The notes under the pieces are model-generated. The model saw only the letters and a program-made list of their open reading frames with translations. It had not been told where the DNA came from and made no database searches. The translations under genes were made by a program, and so were the position numbers. From Azolla caroliniana (lineage: Eukaryota; Plantae; Polypodiophyta), in contig JBHGNT010000017.1 in the NCBI GenBank assembly GCA_043228905.1, positions 5,146,001 through 5,210,000 of the forward strand: 64,000 bases of DNA. Direction: 5' to 3'. Below, piece by piece: positions 36,512-47,760 of the stretch (its first letter is position 1; the number at the start of each line of letters is the position of its first letter).

Positions 36512-38721
36512 CTACAAGTAGCAATTACCATGTTCTCTTGTAAAAGAAACATGTATTTTGCGAAAACAGTTAAATAAATTTGTTTGAGAATCAATTTCTT
36601 GTATATAGCCAGTAGCTAATTAGCTATCAGTAGCTAATTAGTTGTCAGTAGCTAATTAACTGTCAGTAGCTAAATAGTCATTAGTAGCTAATTAGTTGTA
36701 CATATGCAACTAATTGATAACCAGTAGCTAATTAGCTGCCAATAGAACCATGTACAACAATATGCCATGGAACTTGTAGCTACAAGTAGCAATTACCATC
36801 TTTTCGTGTAAAACAAACATGTATTTCGAAAATACAGTTAAATAAAGCACTAGCATGAAATCAACAATCTGCAACATATTCCTCAAATTACACAGTAGAT
36901 AAGTACAATGGGAACAAGTAATTAAATTCTTCATTGAATAATGTCATCTCTTTACATATTTATAAATTACCATTGGAAATGTCTACAAATCTCTTATAAA
37001 CAGCTAAGCTCTTCCTAGTCAGTGGAACGAGTCTACATATATTATCCGCATATCGAGCTCAGTATGGAGTCCACAACCATGCACCTAGTTGGCAGCTCAC
37101 TGTTTGCACCAGTACTGTTCAGGCATTTCCTTGAGTAGAATGAGACAGCAGCTTCGAATATTGAAGTAGTGCCGAAAATGTTCTGTATCCAAAATCAATG
37201 TGTTGTCGGCATTATATTCAAGCCAAGTAGCCCAAAAATCAGAAAGTCTCTTGAATCTTGCAGCTTCCATTTGCTCACAATTTTCTCGTGCCCATTGACC
37301 TTTAAAATGACTTCGCCATTTTGGGAAGAATCTCGCTAAACACTTCCACACATCTGATTTTGGTTTTTCACTCCAAATAAACAAATCAAAGTATTGCACA
37401 ACCCACTCTAGAAACTGATTCGTGTCCCTCCTTGGCTGCATATATCTCACACTCATCAAGACTTCATCAAGCTCCAAGATCAAGGCTCTTCTTTCGACTT
37501 CTAGTGGTTTAGGTTTCTATTCCTGAAACTGAGCCACTGTTACACCATTTTCTGGTAGGACACGATCAATCTCAATCAGCTCGGGTTCTGCCGACACAAT
37601 TGGCGTCCTTTTCCTCTTCAAACCCCCAGTCGACTGTGTTGGGCCTGACTTCACATTCTGGTGCTCTTGTTTTGTTGACTTCGTTATCAATCCTTGGCTT
37701 ACCTCGGTGCATGTAGCTACTGATCTGCTCGATATTAGTCCACTGGTATCACATGCTGCATCTACCTGCAACATCGAGTCATCTGTGCAACATGCTTGAT
37801 CAACTTGTGTGACCAGATCAGTTGTGTCAGTTGCTACATCTACTTTCAAGATGGGGCCCTTTAAACACGCCGCAACATCAACAGTATCCACACTGCCATC
37901 GGCCTTACGAGCAATAGAATCAAACCCTTTAGACTCTGCAACATCAGAAAACACCGACATATTCACACTCACAAAGTAACTAACAGTCTCAGAAAACAAC
38001 ATAATGAACATCAAAGAGTTTCAGTCATAGAACAACACTCTTCAAATTATCATGGAAAAACATCATAGAGTTCCATTACATAATGTGGATCAAGCAACAA
38101 CCAATCTGAGGTTTTACTTGTCCAACAGGATAGTAAAACTTCATAAAACCCTAGCAAAATCCCTAAGCTAACAATCATACCCAACTAAACAGTATTTCGC
38201 TCCACTACGTCTGGGCCCCTTGACCGAGTAACTGGTCTTGTTCCCGATCGTGGCCCCTTCTTCAGCCTTTTTCTGGTTGATTGCCCATTTAGCCTTGCTT
38301 CTTTCACCCAATGCGCAAGTGTGTCCTCCTTCGACAACCTTCCCATCGCCTCGGCAGCTAATTGCACATCAGCCGTTTCTTGCGCTAGCTTTTCAAGTAC
38401 AGAGGGATCTGTTTGGACATTTTCAGTAGTTGGGCTCGGTGGGGTGGAATCAAGGTCTTGAGATTCGAAGAAATGTTGTATCAAGTGTTCAAAAACATTG
38501 TTGTTGTGAACCTCAGTTTTTACATGTTGTTTCCACTATTTCATGGCATTTCACATCGTTGCCTAATTTAGTACATTGTTCCAAAAGAATAGGGTGGAGC
38601 TGATCCGAAGGAGATGTGATAGCAGGACTCTCACTTTCAGCCACGTTGGCAACTATCTCCTCATCTGTTGCAGTGTCATTAGCACCAGACACATCATGTG
38701 CCGTCCTTAATCCACAAGATT

Positions 38722-39801
38722 CTACAATAACATGGCAGCTATTTAGGATAGCTAATTAGCTACTTTACTAAACTATGGTACTAGCTAGGATAGCTAATTA
38801 GCTAGTACGATAGCTAATTAGCTACTTTACTCAACTATGGTAGTAGCTAGGATAGGTAATTAGCTACAAGGATAGCTAATTAGGTACTTTACTCAACTAT
38901 GGTAGTAGCTAGGATAGGTAATTAGCTACAAGGATAGGTAATTAGCTACTAGGATAGCTAATTAGCTACTTTACTCAACTATGGTAGTAGCTAGGATAGC
39001 TAATTAGCTACTTTACTCAACTATGGTAGTAGTTAGGATAGCTAATTAGCTACTTTACTCAACTATGGTAGTAGTTAGGATAGCTAATTAGCTACTTTAC
39101 TCAACTATGGTAGTAGCTAGGATAGCTAATTAGCTACTTTACTTAACTATGGTAGTAGCTAGGATAGCTAATTAGCTACTTTACTCAACTATGGTAGTAG
39201 CTAGGATAGATAATTAGCTACTTTACTCAACTATGGTAGTAGCTAGGATAGCTAGTTAGCTACTAGGATGGCTAATTAGCTACTTTTCTCAACTATAGTA
39301 ATAGCTAGGATAGCTAATTAGCTACTAGGATAGCTAATTAGCTACTTTCTCAACTATGTAGTAGCTAGGATATCTAATTAGCTACTAGGATAGCTAATTA
39401 GCTGCCAGTAGCTAATTAGCTACTTTACACAACTATGGCAGTAGCTAATTAGCTAGTAGGATAGCTAATTAGCTAGTAGTTAATTAGTTGCCAGTAGCTA
39501 ATTAGCTAGTAGGATAGCTAATTAGCTTTTTTACACAACTATGGTACTAGCTAATTAGCTATGAGTAGCTACTCATAGCTAATTAGCTAGTACCATCGTT
39601 GTGTAAAAAAGCTAATTCGCTAATTAACTACTGTAGTAAACTATGGAAGTAGCTAATTAGCTACTAGGATAGCTATTAGTTGCTTTAATCAACTATGGTA
39701 GTAGCTAATTAGCTACAACGATAGCAACAAAATAGTTTCCATACTTTTTACGGCTTAGCTAATTAGAAAAGACTAAGCTTATTAGCTACAATATGGTATA
39801 C
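38722..39801 (-). repeat. Accessory-gene intron filled with TAGCTAATTAGCTA array (42-bp higher-order unit)
   Basis: Unit tactttactcaactatggtagtagctaggatagctaattagc (e.g. starts at 39051 and 39093); minus-strand cag|gtatac and ttgtag|aat. Confidence 0.9.
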
Positions 39802-40874
39802 CTGTTAGTTTTCTCCAGTCATTTGGTAGAGCTGTACTACAATCTCCCAAACAGAATGCAACAATTCGACAGGCATATTGAAAACAAAGCAGATGGTATG
39901 TGTGGTTGCATGGTTCCAGGTGAACCAACAAAGACACAGTTTTGTCCTCCACACCTAACCCGCAAGCGATGCAACGTGCTTGATGTCAATAAATCATTTT
40001 CTGGTTCTCCTTCATTTGGTAAGGGAGCTATTCCTGTCTGAGAAGGATACACCAACTTTGCTCAAGAATCGTTAACTTACTTGAAGCTTTTCCAAATTGT
40101 AATCTGCAACAATATTTACACCTAGAAGGTCCAGGTTCATTGAAAGAACCTGGATCTCTGTTTGCAGTTGTATTTTACGTTGGGGATCTAGTGGCCCCTC
40201 TAATTCAAGCTCCTGTTGCGCAACCTATTCCAAATAATGCTTGATTAGCACATTTTACCCTTAAAGTTATTTATAACACAATCACATACCAACAAAACAA
40301 TAGTTACATGAATCTTATTTCTAATTGTTGTAACAACTAAAGTAACTTTGCTCTCCATTGCAGAAGCCATTGTGGCTTTCTCTAAATCAGTCTTAAAAAA
40401 TGCCAATGTCTCACAGGCTTCATGGACATTTTTTAGCACATAGCTAACCAATGTCTCACCTATATCATCGACATTTTGCTGGGAGTTGGCAGTTGTATCA
40501 ACAACTGCCACGCTCCAAAATCTGTCTATTTTTTGTGCCAAGGTCCCCATCGTTCGGCATCTTTCTACCGATGCCTCACCATAGACTGCCCAAGCTACCC
40601 TATACCTTTTAGGGTCTCTAGATTCCTTCGCTGTTTTGCAGTACTCATATGCAAATGCTCTAGCAAATGAAACTGACAACTCATTGTTGACTGGGATCTC
40701 TTGATGAACTTTCTGGTGCAGCCTCATGCAGTCATCGTACAAGTCGGCTCATACATGCTTCAACTTGACCTTGCCTTTGACTCTAGGAACTGCATATACA
40801 GTCCTCCAATCTACATCACTGATCAATTTATCACTTAGGACAGCATGGTCAATGACAGGAACTACACGCCCCCT

Positions 40875-42883
40875 ATGCGCAATGCTCGGCCAAACCCGAG
40901 CTTAGAATCATACACAGAAAAACGGGAATGAGTGGGCGACATAGTGAAGAGAAGAATGCACAGGATGTTTACGTGGAAAAACCCAAACTAGGGAAAAAAC
41001 CACGGCAGCCCACATGCTGCAAACTATCACTATGTTACAGTGTACAACAGTAAAGCACCGAGGCAACAACCTCGAGCTTTCTATCTTCGCCACAGGCGGC
41101 GGTTACAACAGAGGCAACGACCTCTTCCTCTCTCTCTCTTTCTCTCTGTACACAGTTACGCGCTCTGATCTTGCACAAACAAGAATGACAACAACTCTAC
41201 TAAGTTTGCCCTAAGTCATATTTATATTAATATGACTTTTCGGCTATTTACAAATATAGTCCCGATGGACTCTCAGAAACATATTTATGAATATGTCCCT
41301 TCATCCGGTGAGCACTCCTCACCGGGCCTGCATCATCTGGCGCTTGCCGGGTACTTGTCATCCGGTTCTCACCGGGTCTTCCGTAGCTGGGTACTCCTCG
41401 TCTGGTTTCGGCCTCGACTAAGTTTGCTCATCAACACTGTTCTTCTCACTTCCCATCCGGAGGGACCTGTCTCCCAACAAACTCCCCCTTCACTCCGACA
41501 TGGGGTGTGTTACTAGTCCGATCCGCTTCCGGCATGCTTCCAGCTTGTCAGGTATCAGCACTTTGGTCAGCATATCTGACCCGTTCTTGGCCGTGTGGAT
41601 CTTCGTCAGCGCGAACTCCTGATCATCTACTCTTTCCCAGATCCAGTGATACCTTCGGCGGATATGCTTCGTCCGGGAATGGTAGGCCGCATTCTTAGCA
41701 AGGTGGATGGCACTTTGACTGTCGCAATAGAGCTGGTATTCATTTTGCCGGATACTGAGCTCTCCGATGAAGTCCTTCATCCATAATATTATTGGGAGAC
41801 AGGTCCCTCCGGATGGGAAGGGAGAAGAACAGTGCCGATCGGCCTCAGCCGAAACCGTATGAGGTGGACTCGGCTACGGAGGGCCGGATGGTGTAGACCC
41901 GGTATGAACCGGATGAGGAGTACCCGGCTATGGAGAGTCGGATGGTGCAGACCCGGTATGAACCGGATGAGGAGTACCCGGCTACAGAGAGCCGGATGGT
42001 GCAGACCCGGTGAAGACTGGATGAGGAGTACCCGGCTACGGAGAGCCGGATGATGCAGACCCGGTGAAGACCGGATGAGGAGTACCCGGCTACGCAGAAC
42101 CGGATGAAGAGACATATTCGTAAATATGTTTTCTGATAGTCCATCGGGGCTATATTTGTAAATAGCCGAAAAGTCATATTAGTATAAATATGACTTAGGG
42201 CAAACTCTTAGCTGTTGTCATTTTCTTGTTGGTGCAAGAAGAGAGAGCGTGTAACAGTGTACAGGTTGGGAGAGAGAGAGAACGAGGTCGTTGCCTCTGT
42301 TGTAACTGCCGCCTGTGGCGAAGATCGTGAGCACGAGGTCGTTGCCTCCATGAACTCACTGTTTATACATTCCAATATAGTGATAGTTTGCAGCCTGTGG
42401 GCTGCCGTGGTTTTTCCCTCAGTTTGGGTTTTCCACGTAAACATCCTGTCTACCTTTTTTTTCTTCTCCTTTGTGTCGTGCATTTGTTTCCCGTTTTCTG
42501 TGTATGAAAAGAATCTCGGTTGTGGCCGAGCTATGGACATAAGGAGCGTTGAGTTCCCATCAAATATTTCCTTGCCGGCTTCCACAGCCGCCATGTACTC
42601 CGCCTCCGTGGTTGACAATGCAATTGTCTTCTGCAGCCTCAACTGCCACGAAACAGCTCCCCCTGCATATGTCATTACATACCTAGATGTAGACCAGCTG
42701 GTATCCACATCAGCCGACATGTCCGAATCGGTAAAACCGTCAAGTTGAGGTTTACCGGAGCCGAATGGGAGACACATATTTGAAGTGCCCTTCAAGTACC
42801 GGAGTATCCATTTGACCGCGTTCTAGTTTGCTCATCAGCACTGTTATTCTCACTTTCCATCTGGAGGGACCTGTCTCCCAACA
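40875..42883 (-). mobile_element. Internally deleted Copia remnant (LTR to 41479, PPT, RNase H, LTR tip 42825-42883)
   Basis: MKDFIGEL...YCDSQSAIHLAKN...HPMSE; LTR family motifs. Confidence 0.85.
41790..42562 (+). mobile_element. Copia solo LTR, TSD AATAT
   Basis: aatat at 41785-41789 and 42563-42567; inverted near-copy of 3038-3811 including the 54-bp repeats. Confidence 0.93.
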
Positions 42884-42989
42884 GTCAACACCCTCAAGTG
42901 ACAGACCATAGGTGTTGTGGAAGTCCTCCTTTGTCTCACAAAATTTTGCGAAGTTTAGCACTCTCAGATACGGAGGAACGAGCCATCTG

Positions 42990-43965
42990 AAATATCAAAT
43001 CAGAAATCAGAAATAGTGCAAAATCAGAATATGTCAGAATCAGAAACCCCAATCAACAACAACAGAAATAGTTCAAAATCATTAACTTAGCAAATCAGAA
43101 ACCCCTTTCAAAAATTGCAATAAGATATTTGTAAACAGAAACCCTAATCATAATTTGTATTTAGAAATTTGAAATAAAAAACCCGAATCAAAATCTGTAA
43201 TCAGAAGTTTGTAACCAGAAACCCTATTAAAAAATTCTAATCAGAAATTTATAATCAAAAACCCTAATCAGAAATTTTAATCAGAAAATTGTAACTAGAA
43301 ACAGAAACCCTAATCATAATTTGTATTCAGAAATTTGAAATTAGAAACCCTAATCAAAATCTGGAATCAGAAGTTTGAAATCAGAAACCCTAATCAAAAT
43401 CTGTAATCAGAAGTTTGTAACCAGAAACCCTATTCACAAATTCTAATCAGAAATTTATAATCAAAAACACTAATAAGAAATTTTAATCAGAAACCATAAA
43501 CAGAAAATTGTAACCAAAAACAGAAACCCTAATCATAATTTGTATTCAGGAATTTGAAATCAGAAACCCTAATCAAAATCTGTAATCAGAAGTTTGAAAT
43601 CAGAAACTCTAATCAAAATCTGTAATCAGAAGTTTGTAACCAAAAACCCTATTCACAAATTCTAATCAGAAATTTATAATAAAAAACCCTAATAAAAAAT
43701 TTCAATCAAAAACCCTAATCAAAAATTTCAATCACAAACCCTAATCAGAAATTTATAAACAAAAACCCTATTCAGAAATTCTAATAAGAAATTCTAATCT
43801 GTAATCAAAATTTGTAACCAAAAACCCTATTAAGAAATTCTAATCAGAATATATAATCAAAAACCCTAATCATAAATTTCAATCACAAACCCTAATCAGA
43901 AATTCTAATCAGAAATTTATAAACAAAAACCCTAATCAGAAATTTCAATCAGAAACCTCAATCAT
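42990..43965. repeat. Degenerate telomere-like satellite (agaaaccctaatc / atcagaaattt units)
   Basis: Many AAACCCTA(A) copies interspersed with related 13-14-bp units. Confidence 0.88.
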
Positions 43966-45393
43966 CACTAAAGACAGGATTAAACACAAAAAAAGTAATA
44001 TAAACACACATGCTGCTACTCCCCGATCTGCGAGACATCCTTGTATGGGACTCCAAGGACTTCGCCCTATTCAATTTTGGGGAAATATGAATCGGCACTA
44101 AAGTTCAGACAGTAGTCAAAAAGAAAAAACAAATGTTTGGGGTTTCTGTAACTGAAACATACCTGGACGATGATTGAGCGGGTTCTGTGTTGTAGCTCTA
44201 AATCTGCAATGTCGATTTTCTGCTACTACGGGAACTACGTCTGCGTTCGTGCTATGAGTACTCCATCTGCGTTCAAAATCAAACTTAGGCTAAACAAGAA
44301 ATTGATGACATTGAAGTCGACCTTAGATGATGGTGCTATTCCCCAAGTTCCACTACGTTTGAAACAGAAGTTCAAATATTTGAGTTTTTTCATAAATTAG
44401 TTTTTCAAATATTTGATTTTCACACAAAAAAGACACAAATAGCTAATTAGCTATGGCCATTTTAGTAGCTAATTAGCTATAATGGTGTTTCCACTCGCAT
44501 GCTTTTATCCTTAGCTTTCTTTTAGACCAGAATTTCGGACGGATCATCTTCCATCCGAACCAGCTTCCGACTTTACCTTTCTTGCCGCCATCTCCCGTCT
44601 CTCCGGTCTCACGTTGCTTCTCAGACGCAACCGCCGAAGTCTCTAGGATTAGTGCGCATGAACCCTTTGTATTATCATCCTCTGTCATTTCAACCATAGC
44701 CTCCTTCTCGGCTATCTCCCGGTTGTATGAATCGGCCTCGACCTTTGTTTCCTCTCCACCACCTTCCGTCTCTTCGGTCTCACGTTGCCTTTCGAACGCT
44801 GTCGTGCCTTTCGGCTCCGGATCGTTTGCGTGAGTCGGGTGGGAACCACTGGGGTTTTGGACTAGGAAGAAGAGAGTTTTAAGGCTAATAAGAATATAAA
44901 TATGTTGTAAGAAAGAGTTATAGCAAACTCGTGAATCCCACGAGTGTATTGTATTAGATTAATCAATATGAATATAAGAATATAAACTTCGGTTGAAAGA
45001 GAATGATATAGAATTCTCGTGAATCCCACGAGTATAGTTTATTAATTGGTGTTTTTTAGAAACATATCTAGTTTCCAAATATTTTTCACACGCCTATTAC
45101 ATTGTGCTCCCCATCCTTATGTAGTGATGGGAGAGACTAAGCATAGCTACATGCTTTTTCTAATATGTTCATGCACACTAAATGTGCATGTGATGCTTTT
45201 CTAATCCTTGCTTTTATTTGCTAAATATAGTGCTCATGCACGCTAGATGTGCATGAGTCACTTTTTAGTTGCTTGCGTTTTTCTATAAAATATTCACGCA
45301 CTCTAAAAATGCACGATTTACCTTTTAATAAAGGTAGGTGCAAATAAAGCACTTATAGTTATTAAATCTATTTGTAGAACACTAAAGATAAGG

Positions 45394-45447
45394 TAGCATA
45401 ATGGTAAAGTTGAGGTTTGGCTACGTGGAGGTACAGGGTTCGAATCC
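45394..45447 (+). promoter_or_regulatory. Consensus Pol III A box + B box in 3' LTR
   Basis: TAGCATAATGG, 32 nt, GGTTCGAATCC; both match the TRGCNNARYGG and GGTTCGANTCC consensus. Confidence 0.78.
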
Positions 45448-45511
45448 TGCCCTATGCACGTGATAAATATCTTGATACATTATTTTATTTATTTATATGT
45501 AATTAAATCGG

Positions 45512-47095
45512 TTATATTATTTTTACTTTTTCACGTAGTGTACGAAATACACTACGACACTCGCCCCCTCCGAACCCGCACATCCTCCGGTATGTGCCGA
45601 AGTTGCCGATGCTCGTTGTCTCCCCTTCATCCTCCGTTTGTCCCGCTATGTCAACTTTGTCTCTCCATTTTGAGTAGACCCATTCTTTCCACCCGAACCA
45701 TTGTCGCCATCCGATCCACCATATTCTTTGTTCTCTCTCGTTATATTCTTGGCCCTTGTCATTCGTGGTAGTGTCTTTTACTGGCCTCTTTGTTGTCTTA
45801 ATCAACCTTGACTTTTTTCCGGATCGCTCTCGTCCGATCGACTTTTGGTTTGATCGGCTTCCGATCGGATTCGTATTCAGCCAAGTCAGACTCGGTCGAT
45901 CGGTTTTGACCGAGTTGACCCCTTTTCGGGTCGGCTTTCTTTCGGGTCGTCTTTCGGCCGAATCCTCATTCGCCCGGTTCGGCTTTCGTTTGTGTCGTCT
46001 TTCGGCCGAATTCTCTTCCTTTCGGTTCGGCTTTCTTTCGGGTCGACTTTTGGTCGAATCCTCTTTTACCCGGTTCGGCTTTCTTTCGGATCGGAATCCC
46101 GTCCGGATCACCTTCCATCCTAATTGGCTTCCGACTTTACCTTTCTTGCCGCCACCTCCCGTCTCTCCGGTCTCACGTTGCTTCTCAGACACAACCGCCG
46201 AAGTCTCTAGGATTAGTGGGTAGGAATCCTCGGTATTATCATCTTCCGTTGTTTCACCCATAGCCATGTTCTCCTTGGCTATCTCTCCTTCGTATGCATC
46301 GGCTTCGACCTTCGTTTCGTTGCCGCCACTTTCCTTATCTTCGGTGTTATGTCGACACCCGGGCTCCAGTACCGAAGTCTCCGAAACAATGGTGAAGGAA
46401 TCCCTTCGTTCGTGCTCATTTACTTTGTCTTCCTCGTTGCCCTTCCGGTCCTCCACTTTTCCACCGACACATTCCGTCTCTCCGGTCTCACGTTGGTGCA
46501 CGGGCACAGCCGCCGAAGTCTCTGGAACCGGTGTGGGGATACCCTTTCGTCCTCGATCTTCCTCCTCCTCGTCCTTTGTTGGCCTCGACTTTGGTTCGGT
46601 TTTAAGCTCCCCTTCAATGTCGACTTGCGACTTTTCATGCATCTCCGAACCCTTCCGCATCAAGCTCTCCTTCGGTGGTAGTCGGTGGCCGCTTTTCACC
46701 CACTGTTGACCGCCGTTCGTGGACCATGTCCTCGTCCGCTTCGGTCTTAGATAGTCATATGTGTCTCGTATAGCTTCTTCAAAGGACTCCCACATCGGGC
46801 TTTGTTGTCGTATCTCGTGGATTCTCTCTTGAAGCTCATCCGTAGCCACCCGGTTGAAAGATAACACTTGCAATCTTTCTGAGATACCATATCGCAACAT
46901 CTCCATTTTGTAGTCACGTAGATAGCGTGACACATCGTTTCCGTTGAATTGTCCTTTTCGTTGTACGAGCCGCTTTACTGCCCCCGTGATCTCCGACATC
47001 ACTCGTTGTTCTTGTAGCATCCGCTCGAACATCATCATCATCGTTATACTCATTGCCTCTTGTTGATTCTCCATCTCCTTGCCACCCGCCTTCAC
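45512..47095 (-). CDS. gag: Gag-derived protein: capsid-like N-terminus plus charged low-complexity repeats
   Basis: Uninterrupted 527 codons. KGQFNGNDVSRYLRDYKMEML resembles IGRFSGKDATKYLASYGAEML of the autonomous gag. ETSA...QRETGET and ERKPNR repeats. Confidence 0.75.
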   Translation of the reverse strand: MKAGGKEMENQQEAMSITMMMMFERMLQEQRVMSEITGAVKRLVQRKGQFNGNDVSRYLRDYKMEMLRYGISERLQVLSFNRVATDELQERIHEIRQQSPMWESFEEAIRDTYDYLRPKRTRTWSTNGGQQWVKSGHRLPPKESLMRKGSEMHEKSQVDIEGELKTEPKSRPTKDEEEEDRGRKGIPTPVPETSAAVPVHQRETGETECVGGKVEDRKGNEEDKVNEHERRDSFTIVSETSVLEPGCRHNTEDKESGGNETKVEADAYEGEIAKENMAMGETTEDDNTEDSYPLILETSAVVSEKQRETGETGGGGKKGKVGSQLGWKVIRTGFRSERKPNRVKEDSTKSRPERKPNRKEENSAERRHKRKPNRANEDSAERRPERKPTRKGVNSVKTDRPSLTWLNTNPIGSRSNQKSIGRERSGKKSRLIKTTKRPVKDTTTNDKGQEYNEREQRIWWIGWRQWFGWKEWVYSKWRDKVDIAGQTEDEGETTSIGNFGTYRRMCGFGGGECRSVFRTLREKVKII

Positions 47096-47706
47096 GTCGG
47101 GTTCACCAACTGTGTCGTGCCTTTCGGCTCCGGATCGTTTGCGTGAGTCGGGTGGGAACCACTGGGGTTTTGGACTAGGAAGAAGAGAGTTTTAAGGCTA
47201 ATAAGAATATAAATATGTTGTAAGAAAGAGTTATAGCAAACTCGTGAATCCCACGAGTGTATTGTATTAGATTAATCAATATGAATATAAGAATATAAAC
47301 TTCGGTTGAAAGAGAATGATATAGAATTCTCGTGAATCCCACGAGTATAGTTTATTAATTGGTGTTTTTTAGAAACATATCTAGTTTCCAAATATTTTTC
47401 ACACGCCTATTACATTGTGCTCCCCATCCTTATGTAGTGATGGGAGAGACTAAGCATAGCTACATGCTTTTTCTAATATGTTCATGCACACTAAATGTGC
47501 ATGTGATGCTTTTCTAATCCTTGCTTTTATTTGCTAAATATAGTGCTCATGCACGCTAGATGTGCATGAGTCACTTTTTAGTTGCTTGCGTTTTTCTATA
47601 AAATATTCACGCACTCTAAAAATGCACGATTTACCTTTTAATAAAGGTAGGTGCAAATAAAGCACTTATAGTTATTAAATCTATTTGTAGAACACTAAAG
47701 ATAAGG

Positions 47707-47760
47707 TAGCATAATGGTAAAGTTGAGGTTTGGCTACGTGGAGGTACAGGGTTCGAATCC
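47707..47760 (+). promoter_or_regulatory. Consensus Pol III A box + B box in 5' LTR
   Basis: Identical to 45394-45447. Confidence 0.78.

Larger units (their letters stand above)
36990..42986 (-). pseudogene. Transposon accessory gene copy A (multi-exon; unknown N-terminal domain, basic NLS-like patches, C-terminal FCP1/NIF-like domain)
   Basis: ORF pieces 40245-40742, 38185-38484, 37517-38014 and 37097-37483; splice sites at 39801/38722; LILELDEVL...RRDTNQFLEWVVQYFDLFIWS...WARENC...KRLSDFW...NTLILD. Confidence 0.72.
32083..44513 (+). mobile_element. Complete two-gene DNA transposon, copy A, with about 28-bp imperfect TIRs
   Basis: Left end tagaggtgaaagcatgagagtggaaaca; reverse complement of right end taaggataaaagcatgcgagtggaaaca. 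Flanks gcttgctt and gctttctt; both flanks belong to the same host family. Confidence 0.85.

Noticed and set aside
42990-43965. True telomere or chromosome-fusion scar
   Set aside because: No pure (CCCTAAA)n run; repeats are embedded in longer units inside transposon TIRs.
45385-45460. Genuine tRNA gene
   Set aside because: A and B boxes are present but no convincing acceptor or anticodon stem, and the middle is not conserved among copies.
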